Below are positions 1-14,103 of a DNA stretch of 64,000 nucleotides, one piece after another (the stretch's first letter is position 1; each line of letters begins with the position of its first letter). The stretch spans positions 117,684 through 181,683 of the forward strand of contig JAAOMT010000742.1 in the NCBI GenBank assembly GCA_016748015.1, in the 5' to 3' direction. The position numbers were made by a program, and so were the translations under genes. The stretch is from Geosiphon pyriformis uo1. Taxonomy: Eukaryota > Fungi > Glomeromycota. The notes under the pieces are model-generated. The model made no database searches, was not told the DNA's origin, and saw only the letters and a list, made by a program, of their open reading frames with translations.

Positions 1-3000
1 AGTTAATAATTAAGTTATTAATTAAATTAATAATTAAAGTAATAGTTAAGTCAATGATCAGATTATTAATCAAGTCATTGATTACTTTTTAAAAATAAAG
101 TGACTAATTATTTGATATTAATAACTAATACATGTGGTAATTAATAAAAATAATGGCTTTTAAATATCATATTATAATAATATTACTTATTATTAAGTAT
201 AAAAAAATATAATAAAATCTATATAAAAATTAAATATTAGCTAATTTTTAAATTTGTTACTAAAAAATAATTTTTTAAAATATTATTAATTAAACACAAC
301 AAAGCTATTTTATTTAAATTATTATTTTGTTATTTAATTTTTTGTTGTTTAATATCTAATTATTTATATTCATTTATTATTATTATTGAAAATTATAAAT
401 TTACTAAATTGCAATTAATATAATATTTGATTACTAGTTAATTATAATTTCAAATTATATGAATATAATTATTAATAATTTATGTAATTTTTTATAAAGT
501 TAAGTAAATTTTTCATAATTAAAATAAAGCTTAGAATAATATTATTCGAAATTTGATAAAAGTTTTTTTTTGATATAAATTAGCAATATAAGATTCAATT
601 AGTTATTACATTTTATCAAAAAAAATAATAATTTCAACCTATAAACTTTTTTGAATTAAACTTTAATTATTAACAAACTTGAAAATTTTATTTTCTGCCA
701 AGTAAAAATATTAAATATCAACAAATTTGTTAAGAAAATTATTGTCTAAAAATAATTCTATTAAGAAGGCTTTTAAAATTAAAAAATCAAATAAATTAAA
801 AAATCAAATAAATTTAAAACAGAAAAGTTAGAAAATATATATAAAATTTAATAAACTTTAGGATAAGACCAGATATTGATGTTAATAACATAAACTCTAT
901 AATTCCAAATCAAAGATTTTTTGTAACATCGTTTTTCATAGTTATTTTAAAAAAATTTAAATATTAATAAATATAATTGTATAAAAGTCATTTGTTACAT
1001 TACAATGTTTCGAGTAAAACTGGTTTTGGATTGGCAATGTATTTTGCCTTTAAGAAATTCTGAATTTACCAAATTTTAAATTTTTCAATTAAATTAAATA
1101 TATAAATAAAAACCAAAATTTAAATTGTATCGGGTATTGTATCAGCTTTAGTAATTGAATTTTACAATTTAATTATTATTTGTCATGTTTTTACTATTTT
1201 TATTATTTTAATATTATCTTTCATTATTTCACCTAAATTATTAAAAAATGGATCTAAATTTAATTGTGAAACCATTTTTTTAGTAACTATTATATTTCTA
1301 TAATATTATCACTTGAATTGATTTCAAAAAAAATTATCACGATTCAGGATAATTATTTTTTTGCTTTGGCATATTAATAGCAATGAGTTTGTGCATATTT
1401 TTGATTTTGCATAAGTTGAATTTTATATATAAGTAGTTAAGCCTATATACAATCACATTTATTTGTATAAATATAATATGAAAATAGCCTAAAAACAAGT
1501 GAAACCAAGTAAATATTTTAAAAATTTTTGGTTTGTGTTTAAAATAATTTTATTTAATGCATTAATCTGTATTTCTTTATATTTAATTTGTTCATAAATC
1601 CGAAAATTTTGTCTTTGTCAATAAAAAATTACTAAAAATTCACTGTTTAACACAAATCAGAAATATTTATTTATTTTTATTCAAGTTTTTTATTTTATAG
1701 TTAGGTGTAAACACAAATTTAGTATAATTCTAATTAACAACAAAAAATATAGTAATTATTCAAAAATAATTTATTAATTGCTGTTTTATATTAAACAATA
1801 CAATAAAACAAATAAAAAATATAAATAATTCTAATTTTAATATTTTAATCGTTTTTTAATAAATCTAATGCAAATATTAAAAAATACAATAAAACTATTA
1901 TGTTAAAAATGTAAATATAGAATCATAATTCAATTGTTTATTTTTATTAATTATTGAATTATATTGAATTATATGTATTTACTATTCTATTTTTAAAATT
2001 AATTATTAATGTAATTATTGATCTTGTTCTTAGCTTGGTTATTTAATTGATTATTGACTTATTTATTAGAAAATATATAAATAAAACTTTGTACATTTAT
2101 AAAAAGTATATTAATTATAAAATCAATTTTTTTAATACAATGATAATAATTATTAAAAAGTATAAACTATATTTCTTATTGAATTTTAAAGCACTAATTA
2201 AGACATAAAATTATATAAATTGTATTATTTTTGTTAATAATATAATTATATTAATAATTCAGTCAAAAATCAAGTCATTAATCATATTAATAATTAATTC
2301 TAAAATTAGAATGGCTAATATAAATAACATCAATAATTAATATATGTAACTAAATATAATTAAATAATTAAATAAACAAAGGTTATTACTGTAATATTAT
2401 AACAGCTTTAATAAATTTAATAACTAAAAAAAAATTATAACAACAATTATATATAAAATAAAAACAAAAAACCACGGTAATTATGCAAACAATAACAATA
2501 ATTAAAGTTAAAATTATTATCAAAAACAATCAAACAAAAACAAATTTGTTTGCTGGCACTATATAATTAACACAAATTATAGTCAAAAAATGATTTATTA
2601 ATTTTATTAACCAATATAAATTTAAATTTTTTGTAATACTACATTAAATTTACAATTCATAAATATTAGAACTTTTTCAAATTTTGAAACAAGGATATTT
2701 ATTTTATTTATAATTTAATTTAGATAGATATTAATAAATTTGTTAATAAAAAATTAAATTACATACATAATAGTATTCTTTATTAATATTTCTTTTATAA
2801 ATACAATAATTAAATATATGACATTAATAATAATAATAATAATATTTAATAAAAATATGATTAATTAGTAATACAAATACTTAAATTTTTAATAATTCAA
2901 ATTTTACTTGTAATTAAAAAAACAAAATAATTTATTGGCTCAATACTTAAATCTTAAAATCAATAAAAAAGCAGTTCTAATAATTAATATTTATATACTT

Positions 3001-3400
3001 AGTTTTTTTTTAATTGATAACTATAAACTCATGAAGAATTTAGGATTAGATTATGATAATGCCAATTTACTAAAAAATTACTAGATCCAAAAATCAGAAA
3101 AAATACTTTCAGCAGAATTATAGGCTACAAAATCAATTGATAACATGTGCCATAATATAATTTATGGATTTTCTTTTTTTTTCATGTTTTAATTAAATTT
3201 TTCGAAAATGAAATAATATTTTAAGTAGGTTTTAAAATAAATGAAAATATTGGAATCAATTTACTAGTTTCAATTTGTAGAATTTGAAATTTAAAATAAG
3301 TAATTTTTCTCAAACATAAATAAATAAAAAACTATAATTATAATAATAATAATAATTTTAATAGTTTTCAATAAAAATTAAATTAAAAATATATATGTAA
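1..3400. repeat. Extremely AT-rich, CpG-poor region; probable decayed transposon/heterochromatic DNA
   Basis: No ORF of 60 aa or more, very few C/G, and an abrupt shift to normal composition near 3420. Same texture as the 56-64 kb region, where transposase relics are still recognisable. Confidence 0.55.
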
Positions 3401-4648
3401 AATATTAAACTTGAATTTGTATCACATTGGATTGGTCTCAAGCCTTCGAATTTGAGAAATCCAGTCTAACTATGAAAAAGAATCAAAAAACGTGGTAAAT
3501 GTGCCTGAATTAAGGGAAATTTTAAGAAGAATTAGAAATTAGAAATTCTCAAAGCATGTGTTCTTTTTAGAATTATATATTTTTTTTTACCGCTCCGTCT
3601 TGTACACAAGTAACGCGCCATTTGATAAAAATCGAACAGCGTCTTTCAGATAAAAAGACGTCGATCAAAAACATGACTTTTAAATTATAAGTATAGTTTT
3701 TGGAGTCATTGCGGCAGTATAAGGAGGAAGTGTTGGCATGTTCTGCAAACCATAAGCGCTTTCCTAAGAAATATCCTTAGGGTTAATTTAACTGAGTTAA
3801 AAACGAGGCTAATTAAAAAAACTCCAATCTAGACTTTCTTCCGCAGTGTGACTTTGAAATCAAATTGCCGTTTTATGAGATACCACGCAATCTGCAAAAT
3901 GGATCCGACCTTGTAGGATTACATTTAAATATTGTTCTGTGAAACAGTTGAGTTAAATTTCCTGAATTGTTGATTTTGGATGTATTATATCTTAACCTCA
4001 AGGTTTCAGGCATTTTTATTCTCGAAATAGAATATATATTATGATTAGGGAGACTTTCCTGGAATTTTTTTGTCACGAATTTATTTTTGCAGGATTACGC
4101 AAATAGCACTAAAAAGGTCTTTAGTTATCATGAAAGTATGCTATTGACTATAAAAGCTGATCATAGAATTATAATTTCCTTTCTCGTTGACAAACACATG
4201 TCTTTTTGAAGTTGTCATTTAACTTTTTTCTTCTCTGTAAGACAAATTTTATATTCAGGGAGATTTATGGCATGATCATTATTAATGTATTTACAAGCTC
4301 AATAATCTTAAGACTTATTAATATTAATCAGCGAGAAATCCTAACGAAATACCATGCCACATAGTATATTCCACGTCGAAATTTGACATTTTCCCAATGA
4401 ATAAGTTCAAACCAATTCAATTTATCGGAGGGTTTTAAATTTTATTGAAATGGAATGAAACGTAATTAGATTAGTAAAAGCAATTCAATGGCCCCACTAA
4501 AGAAAATATATGAAATAGAGGAGTGAAACTAATGAGTTAAAGCAAGGAAAAGGACGGTTTTGATACATGGTATTTGATGATTACAATCAAAAAAATTTAT
4601 TGAAAGAGAGGAAGCGATGGTGATGCTCTCAAAATAAAATTAAAGCTT

Positions 4649-6265
4649 TTAATATTCAGTGTCAAGATTTTCAGGTGAATCAAAAAGCCCGAAGTATTCA
4701 ACAAATTCAAGTTCAGGATATTTGTTCGTGGGAAACCTCTTTTCCTCACCAAGCCAGTCATAAATGTGATCACGGACTCCAACCTTTTTTATCATTTGCT
4801 TTTCTTTAGCACAAAGTGAAAGACTCTTAATGTGTTGATTGGTCACTTCGGCGTGAAGAGCAAAATATCGAATCGGCTTCTTAAGGTATCGAAGAAGGCT
4901 TTCTAAAGACACGACTGAGAGAGTACGGTTTCGAATACCCAAATACCAGACCATATTTGGGAGATTGATAGCTATTTTCTTGTATTCTCGAAAGTCTGAA
5001 ACATTTTGTGTGAGAAATTGTAATCGTTTAAGGCGTTTAAATGATGGCAAACTGGTGATAAATTCTTTTATATTGTCGGGTTCAACCCTAACAGCAAGAG
5101 ATCGTAGATTTGGACAATGTTGACTTAGCAATTCAAAGCAACCTGATTTCGTAGGATCAAGAGCGAGATATTGCAAAAATTCAGCAGAAATTTCAATGAT
5201 CCTCTGCGGAAGGTCAATCCTTTCATTTGGATAATCACAAAAGAATTTTTTTAGACGAATATTGGATTTGAACAAGGGTTCCCAGAAATTGTCGGAAATG
5301 TCATTGCTATTGTTGCAGTGATTAGGGGCACAAATGATTAAGGTTTTCAGATTAATAAATTTTGCCAATACTTCGACATCCAACGCTGAAACTTGTAAGT
5401 TTGTGCAGGCGAAGTAATGTAAATTCTGGGCCTGGAGAACGAGTTTAGGAAATACGTCTTCTCGATGTTCTTCTTTTAACCCATATAGACTAATATATTC
5501 CAGGTTTTCTTGCACCGAGACGAGATTTATTGCATGTTTAGCAACATGAAACCATCCGAAGTCAATTTCCAATGATCTAATTTTCGTACATTCACTTTGC
5601 ATCAAATCCAAAAGATCCTTAATATTGCTTTTGTCGATATCTGTGTAATGAGTGAATTCATCTTCGTATAACTCCAATTTGAATTTTTTTAAGGAGGAGA
5701 TAGTCTTTGCCACACCTGCGAATTGAACAAAAGGAACCATTTCATCTGTACCTTCTGCCTCGATCAGTGACAAACTTTCAAGCCCTCCACTTGTATGCTG
5801 AAACATGACTTGACAAAGCAGCTCAGCCAGGCTGAGACACTGTGTTGGGGAATATGGTGGAAGCTGTCTTATTTCCAACCAACTACTCACAACATCGTAA
5901 AATTCTCGATATTCTAAGTGTTTAATAAACGCAGGATATTCAAATAATGGTATTGGTACAATTAGTAGCTCTAATTCCCATAGAACCAAAATGTTTTTGT
6001 CATCTTCGTCAAGAAAGCATATGAATGTATCAATGATCCGACATTCATGAAGATGATTTTCATGACATTTGAATGGATTGCCCCATAGCACCGGTACGGC
6101 CTGTTTAGCCCAATCTCGACAAACCAAGATGCAAGAAAATAATGTAACTGTGTCACTCTCCAGAAATTTAAAGATTTGCTGAAGAGTTTCGGGTGGGAAA
6201 TTCATACGTTCATGAACGTTGGATATTGGGACGAACGAGTCAGATATTTCTTCACATTTTGCCAT
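4649..6265 (-). CDS. F-box / RNI-like leucine-rich-repeat protein (intronless, ~538 aa from ATG 6265)
   Basis: N-terminal F-box FPPETLQQIFKFL..TLFSCILVCRDW...VPVLWGNPF and the FEYPAFIKHL motif typical of Glomeromycota F-box proteins, followed by LRR repeats (CPNLRSL, FKRLKRL, FINLKTL). Confidence 0.9.
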   Translation of the reverse strand: MAKCEEISDSFVPISNVHERMNFPPETLQQIFKFLESDTVTLFSCILVCRDWAKQAVPVLWGNPFKCHENHLHECRIIDTFICFLDEDDKNILVLWELELLIVPIPLFEYPAFIKHLEYREFYDVVSSWLEIRQLPPYSPTQCLSLAELLCQVMFQHTSGGLESLSLIEAEGTDEMVPFVQFAGVAKTISSLKKFKLELYEDEFTHYTDIDKSNIKDLLDLMQSECTKIRSLEIDFGWFHVAKHAINLVSVQENLEYISLYGLKEEHREDVFPKLVLQAQNLHYFACTNLQVSALDVEVLAKFINLKTLIICAPNHCNNSNDISDNFWEPLFKSNIRLKKFFCDYPNERIDLPQRIIEISAEFLQYLALDPTKSGCFELLSQHCPNLRSLAVRVEPDNIKEFITSLPSFKRLKRLQFLTQNVSDFREYKKIAINLPNMVWYLGIRNRTLSVVSLESLLRYLKKPIRYFALHAEVTNQHIKSLSLCAKEKQMIKKVGVRDHIYDWLGEEKRFPTNKYPELEFVEYFGLFDSPENLDTEY

Positions 6266-8514
6266 TATGAACAATGCAGGGTGTGGATGTTTCAAGAGTA
6301 GAAAATGCGATCACTAACAGCTAAAATTTGTTGATTTATTAGTCATTTACCTTTTCTGTATATGAATAAATTCGACTCAAGAAGTTTGTGTGACTTTGAT
6401 GATTTCAAATAGGCTTTTTTTAAATAGATGTGTAATAATCTACAGAATAAATTTTTTATAAAGTCAAAAGTATTCATACAATAAATCAAGTAATTTTAAA
6501 GACAAAAAAGAAGCCCTCTTTCAATTATTATGTTTTTTATTTAGGCGCAAGTTTCAGCGTAGCAAAATGATAATTTATTGTAGCAAAATAAAACTTATTT
6601 TTTTTATTGGGTCTAAGTTTTATTAGAATGAAGATTTTTATCAAAATGAAATTTGATATTAGTTTTTAGTAGTAAAAATAGATGTATTAAATTGGTTTTT
6701 CACTACAAGTTTGGTATTATTTTAAAATTTAAACAGTAAAGGAAATTTTCTTTAAAACTAAATCTCGATAAATTCTGAAAATTTTGACAAAAAATATTCA
6801 CCGAAAAACTTTTCATCTCCAATACTTTTTGATGAATAATTTTTAGAGCAGCTTTGAGTTTTTTGATTTATATCAAAAGAGCAAGAAAAATTTATTTTAG
6901 AATTCAGAGAATAAAACACCTCTTCCTTAGAAGTCCAGGATTTCAACTCATAAAAGTTACATATTTAAAGTTAATATATATTTTCAATTTCTTTTCGTAG
7001 CTTTAATTAAACAAAAAAGTTTCCAAAAGTATTTGATTCAATATAATCTCGTTCATTATACTTGTATTTAAGAAAAGGGAGAAAAAGATCTTCATAAAAT
7101 AATTTTTTAATTAAACAGTATTTTTATCTATGAAAGAATTGGAATATAGCAGCTTTTGTGATCTAACATTCTCATCTTGGACTTGATAAATCTTCACTCT
7201 CACAAGTGTCATTTTACAAACTAAAATTTCATTCAATAAACAAGGCTATCTGATAAATCTGAACTGCATATTTTTAAATGAGTCAATAGATTTTTCTTAA
7301 AAATGTGTGGAAATTTTCAATTTAAGCCATCTCTATTGTGCAGAAATAGAATATATATGGTCTTAACTATGAAATTCTCAGAATTAGAAATCTTCAAGTT
7401 TTGACGGTACAAATAACATAATATTTTTTAAAAGTTTAATTTTCATTGAGAAATTGGTTCGAAACAATGAAAATATATTTCATGCATTTTAAACTTTAGT
7501 AAATTTTTATATCTAAAATAGTTATTAGTTCATGAGCTATTATATTTTTGCAATACAGTGTGTTAGAGAGTAAAAAGTTTCTTAAGCTAGGTTAAAAAAA
7601 GAAACGTGGATTGTCTTTTCGTTAGCAAATATAGAAATTTTACAAGAAAGCATAATAGGTCTTTTTGTACATTATTTATTAATGTAGATTTTATAATTTT
7701 AATAGTGGATTACTTTAAAATAATTGGGATTTTGTGCAGTTGACCAGATAATTTGTTTGAAAAGCTTTGCTCTCTTTAAACCTCCTAATCCAAAAGATTT
7801 AGCTTCTTTAGTTTTGTATCAAATTAATAGAGAAATAAATCAATACAATTCTTCCTCTTCAAATTCTTCAATTTAAAAGTAATCTTTCGAGTGATAAAAA
7901 CATTGTAATTAAAAAATAACAATTTAGAAAATGAATAATATAACCGACATTTTAAGATCCTAAAAGCGATGTGAAATTATTAGTAAAGATCCATATTTAG
8001 AAAAACCTTCTTTTACTAAAGGTTGAAGCCTAGAAAATCAAACAAGGTTTATTTGATCTTATGTCATTTCCTAAGTTATAAGCAAATATTAAAATATCTA
8101 ATTCATAATAAATTATTGATCAATTACCTTTATAGACCATAATTGGTGGAAGAAAAATGTTTCAATTTCTTTATTCTAGTAAATAATTTGAATGCAAACA
8201 TTTTTTTTAATAATTTTAGAAATTCTTGATTTTAACTATTCTTTTGAATGTAAGCTAGTTTTGAGTTTTTATCCATTTCCTAAGAAAGAGCCTTTAATAA
8301 CGGTATTCAAATTTTGATCTGATCATGAGAATTTTTCATATTCATGTTATTGATAAGTGGGAATAATTTGAAATGGTCTTTTTTTATGGTTCTAAAACTT
8401 TCATTTTTATATTTATCAAAAAAAATAAAAATGGATTGATCCTCAATCAAGATTATCTTAGAAAGTATATTTTAAAATTGAGATCTAAAATTTTTTCTAG
8501 ATGAAAGAATATAA

Positions 8515-9965
8515 ATGACTTTTTTTTATTCATCTTCCACACAACTTGGCTTTGGATATTTTTCATTGTTGCTCACATTGACGACCGGTTTTATAACATT
8601 ATGTTTGCTTTATATTTTACAACCTCCTATGAGACAAATTATTTATTCAACAAGAAATGAATATAATCAGAAAGAAAATTCTCCAAATGTGGAATTAACA
8701 GATAATAATTTTGAGACTAATTTATCTCCTATCGAAAAAGGCGCAAGAAATTTACCGAAATTTAAAATAGACTACCTTGGATCGGAAGAAAATTTTAAAA
8801 GAGCTGTCAAGCTTATACCACCCCATTCATTCCTAAATCCTAGTAAAACGCTTGGTCATATTGAAAACATGGGTCCACAGCACTTTTTCGGTGACTCAAA
8901 TGAAGATGAATTTTACCAAGAAAAGGTAGAGGATGAGCAGGTTTTACAATTTCTAGCTGATATGGCGTTCTATGCACAGGAAGCGTATTGTCTTAATGAT
9001 CGAGTTGGAAAGATTGGAAATAATGTTTATGGTGAGAATTGAGGACTATCCTATACCACCATAATTGGTGCCCATAGCCTAATTTCAAAAATAATATAGG
9101 CTACGCAGTTGAAAATAAAAGAACAACAAATATTCGAGAAATCGTGTTTTATTTTCGTGGAGTAAAAATTAATACAGAGCGACAATGGCGATTAAGGCCT
9201 TATGCCCAAGTTGAATACGAACCACCGGAATCTCGCGAATGGTTGATTGAGACAGAAATTTACAGAAACTTTAAAAGTGCCGAGAATAATATATTAAAAA
9301 CTCTGAAATCTTTCGCAAACGAAACCTATTATTATCAGTATCGTGTTCGATTCACTGGACATGGCTTTGGTGGTGGTAAGAGAATTGAAACATTTTAAAG
9401 AGAAATCTTTGAATTCATTGCAGAATCTGCAGATTACTTAAAAATTTTTGACAAAGTATACGCTGTTCTGGCTGGGCTTACCTGGAAAAGAAGGGACCCA
9501 AAATCTATCGTTCAAATAATCACATTCGGGCAGCCACGTTTTAGTACGCAATTTTTGAGCGAATATATAAATCAAGTTCTCTCAAGATTTCTGATTTATC
9601 GCATCACAAATTTTGATGATTTTGTGCCACAGTACCCTCCTCTCATGTATTGGAGCTACGTTCACATCGGAACCGAATTTTGGATATCTAATCAATTGGG
9701 GTGTGATTGTTTTTTCCCCGAGACAAATGATCCCATTCCAAATGTTTATATGTGCTATGGGAAAGGAATTATTGGTGGTATGTTACGGGAAAATCCTGTA
9801 AGTAGAGACCAGGATTTCTTTTTGTGATCTTAAAAAAACTGAAAGAGTTAACCAATTTCCTATATCTCCTAGAATTGCAATAACCAAAACTTTGAGTCTA
9901 GAAGTGAAACTGCTCATAATGGTCCTTATTTTGGATATCTCATGGGAGAATGTCCCAAAATATGA
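8515..9965 (+). CDS. Lipase_3-fold protein 1, predicted non-catalytic (GHGFGG); N-terminal signal anchor; 4 exons
   Basis: AQEAYC, FYFRGV, TGHGFGG, ITFGQPR, DFVP, HIGTEFWI..CDC, AHNGPYFG..MGECP. Introns fall after ~9031, after GG and before the EC exon. Confidence 0.9.
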
Positions 9966-11536
9966 CAGCTCAGTTTAAATGCTCTCTAAATAAATCTTGC
10001 CATAGCTTCTCTATATTTAAAATTAGTTTTAAAAACATATTATCTTATTATTGAAGTAGTTTAATATAGTATTTGGTTATGTTGAAAAAAATTATTTTTA
10101 GACCTATTAAGATTGAGAATTTTTTTGCAAATATGTTTATATTTTAAAATTAATTTCAAAAATAGTAATGAAATTTTCAAAATCCCCTAAATTATTAGAA
10201 ATAATAAATTTTTACTTGCTTTTTTAGATTTCCAGGAGAAAAGATTATCTAAAGGAGATTGATTTCCTCTTCGAATTTCCAAAGAGATGGCAGCTGACAC
10301 AATTAAAGTTACTATTTTATCACAAAAATATATTACATGATTCTAAGTTTCCTATGATCATATAATATTGTGTGGAAAAATCTTCTTTCTAAAGCATTCA
10401 ATGAAAATTTCCTAGACATGATTCTAAAAAACACTCTTGGCAATATAAGTGCTTACTCTTTTCCTTCCGCTAATTAATTATTCAACCCCTTAAACAAATA
10501 ATCTCGAATCTAATGAAAAATTTCATTTCGAATTTCCAAGGATCGACATAGTGGTCTCGCTCCTTGTCAATAAAGACGGAATGTTTGAGGGCATGCTTCT
10601 CAAATTTCCAGAGTTAAACCCGAAATCACCTCAAAATGGGAGACATTAAATGTACGAAAAATGGGAGCGAGTTTTTACTTACCAATAGCGTTATCTTTAC
10701 AAATCAAAAGTTTTACGAATAAAATTAAGGATTTTAAAAGCCCTTTCCCAAAAAAATATTTTGTGTAATTTTGTGAGCATCAATTTCGACTATTACCCCT
10801 TTTTTAAGAACCAGTTTTTATGAAAAAATATTTTTCGCAGCTTAGACCATGAAGAATATTTGATATAATGATATTTAGATATCCGAATTTGTTTTGTCAG
10901 GTGGAAAATCTAAAAAATTTCTGCCATATAACTTTTTTTTTATTTAGACAAATGACTAAACGTGTTGGAGAACATCAAGATTTCCCGAGAAACTTGAAAT
11001 TCCATATAAACATGGTACCAAAGGAGTGAGTAACCTTCTAACAAATTTGCTTTCCTTAACTAGTCTGCTATAGGATATTTCGGTCGTCTTTTTTGAGGGA
11101 TTATCCCTATTCGTTTTTTTCATGACACAATTAACTAAACGCTTTGTTGATTTAAATTATGAAATGAAAAATTTGCCGTGGAAATACTCTGCCAATCTGT
11201 TTTGATGTATTATTCCAAAACATGGAGTAATTTCTGACCAAATATTTAAATCATAAATGGGAAAACAAATGAAGAACACAATATAAAACCAGGGTATCCG
11301 CGATTTGGCATCATCATCATCGCTGATGCAGAGTTGTAAGAACAAACATCACTATTTCACCTTCCTTAAATCTACCGATTCCTTTTGCCAAGCGAAATAT
11401 CAGTTTTCAACTTTTTCAAGTTTACAATCTTCACTGGCGCTATAAATTTCAAAGAATCGACCCATAAAATATGGCTATTTTGGGGCAGCTGTTACTCCTA
11501 AACCGAACAATTAAATTCATAATAAACAAAACAATT

Positions 11537-12734
11537 ATGGTTCTTTTCGCCTTTTTGATTTGTTCTATTGCTTCGGCACGAATAGAGCCACGTTTTGGAG
11601 AGTTAACACATATATCAGACTTGTCAATTGTTAACTCTCCTGAACTATTGGCTAAAATTGAGAAATTTGCATATTATTCTAAAATCGCTTATTATGACGC
11701 AGAAACAATATATAATTGGAACTGTGGAGAACCATGTGAAAAATATAAAGGAACTGTGGTTGAGTTCGTTGCGATTACTGATCATGAGAATCAAGGTATA
11801 TTTTTCGATTGGTACCCAAAAAATTTGAAGACAAATTGAACTTGAAGTTTTTTGTTTATCTTTGTACACAGCATTTGTGGCCGTAGAACATTCAAGAAAA
11901 CTTATAATTGTTTCATTTCGTGGCACAAGACTTGAGTATTTGAAGAATGATATTACTGATATGCTAGTAATGCCTGTACCATACTCCCTGTATAATGGAG
12001 CTAAAGTTCACCGAGGCTTCTATGCTGCTTTTAAATTGACCTTTACTAAAATATTACCACATGTGAGAAGACTTTTAACAGATTACCAATCATATAATGT
12101 AGCATTAACCGGCCACAGTCTTGGTGGTGGTAAGAGATTTTATTAATAATAGATTAATTTGTTGTTAAATTTAACTATAAGAAATTTAAATAACTTTTAA
12201 AAATTTCCAGCATTTGCGACTTTAACAGCTCTGGAGCTGAAACAAAAACTTTTTTCTAAATTTCCATCATTAAAATCCGAAGTCATTACCTTTGGCCAGC
12301 CAAGATTAGGAAACGATAAATTTGCTTCATATGCCGAAAAAGAAATAACGCTCTATCGTGTGATTTTTTCAAATGATCTAATTCCACATATTCCCTTTCA
12401 GTGGATGGGATATCAACAGATTGGGGGAGAAATATGGGTTAAAGACTTGGACATTCCAACAAAAGGAGGTACCGTGAGATGTGAGGCTCGTGAAGATCCG
12501 GTGAGAAATTTTAATTGAATTCAAGATTTCATTTTTATTTAGTCTTGATTTTCTTATTTAAATTCTTTTTTCTTTTCATAGAATTGTTCAAATTCAATTC
12601 CCTTTCACGAACTGCGCTTAAAACCACATTTTGGTCCTTATTTTGGTGTAGATCTTTATGTACCTCCACCATGTAATTGCATGCCAAACAACTTGGCAGC
12701 TATATTTTCCCAAGGAAATGGATATGCAATTTAA
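11537..12734 (+). CDS. Secreted class-3 lipase 2 with intact catalytic motifs (GHSLGG); exons 11537-11795, 11872-12129, 12211-12500, 12582-12734
   Basis: Signal peptide MVLFAFLICSIASA; WNCGEPC, VSFRGT, VHRGF, TGHSLGG, TFGQPR, DLIP, PHFGPYFG. An alternative upstream ATG lies at 11471. Confidence 0.93.
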
Positions 12735-14103
12735 ATTCATCACAGTCAATTATTTTGCGTCTATTTCTTTTTATCGTCATTCTTTAACGATTAATATTCT
12801 AAATGAAAGGGGTTTCCTGTAATGAGAAGAATAGATTTTTTAAAAAAGTATTCACTTGTCTTAGATTAATTTTTTTTAGATATGAGATCCAGTATGAGAA
12901 CAGCTTAAGCTGAAAAAGTTTGTAGAATTCTATGGATCCTAAATAGTTTTTTATAAAATTAATTTCTGGCTACATTTATTATGTTTCTAATAAGCAGAAT
13001 ATAAAAAATTTTAATATGATGAAAATATAGCTTTGAAAGAAACTCTTTATGTATTTAATAAAAAGAGTCATCGGTCAGGTCAGTGATCAAGGTTAGGTTA
13101 AAGACTCTATTTTTATAATAACTTAATATACGCTAAATATAGAAATAAAGAATTGATTATGATTTATTCAATTCAACTCATTTTATCGATTGCACAAGAA
13201 ACTTTTAAAGTTAAAAGTCAAGCCTTAAGCGCAGTAATATTTGAAGATTTTCTCTCAAGCACAAATTACTTTCTCGCAAAAACTCGTGGCGAAAATCACA
13301 TAGAAAGTTAATTGAACCTAATCATAAACCTGATATTAAAAAATTTTCTTCAGTACCCAAAAGACATTACTGCTTAAAATATGAATCTGATGAAAAAGAG
13401 CGTTTTGTTGGTACTCATAGGCATTAAGATGAACTAGAGAAAATAGAAAAAGTGCTACAAAGGTTCTTTAAAAAAATTGACATTTGCAAGTAAAGATGGT
13501 CAATGATTGGATCAAATTTAAAGTTTTATCCCCATACAACGGTACCCCCAGAATCAACTATGCTCCCGGCTGTCCCCCCTTTCATGTGTACGCCATTATT
13601 TCGGACGTTATTTTGCTAACCGCGTATGGGAACTGTATCTATCAAAATATTTAAATGATCCGATAGATCACTAGTTTGACCAGGATTGCGAATGTTCAGC
13701 TGCATATCAAAAATTCCAAGAGTGGAAAAATCAAGAGAATTTGTGAAGAAATGATTGGAGCTGAAATTTTCTCACTTTTCAAAGAGTGGAATCTTCTTAA
13801 GCCATTAGATTTTCGGTTTTTTTTGGTTGTGATCCGATATTTATTTTTCTCAAACACTGAACGATATTTCAAATATTTCTGATGATATGAATTATTTGTT
13901 CTGCCGGCTTTCAGGAAAAAGGAAGATTTATCTTTTTAATTATAACCGATTTGAAGTAGATGACATTTTCAAAATACAATAACAATTCCAATCGTCTGGA
14001 ACGAGATGCATCGACAAATTTTGGAGTAACAAACATGTAATTAGAGATACATCAGAACAAAAGAAAAATTTTTTAATCGTCAAATTAAAACTTTTTCGCT
14101 TTC

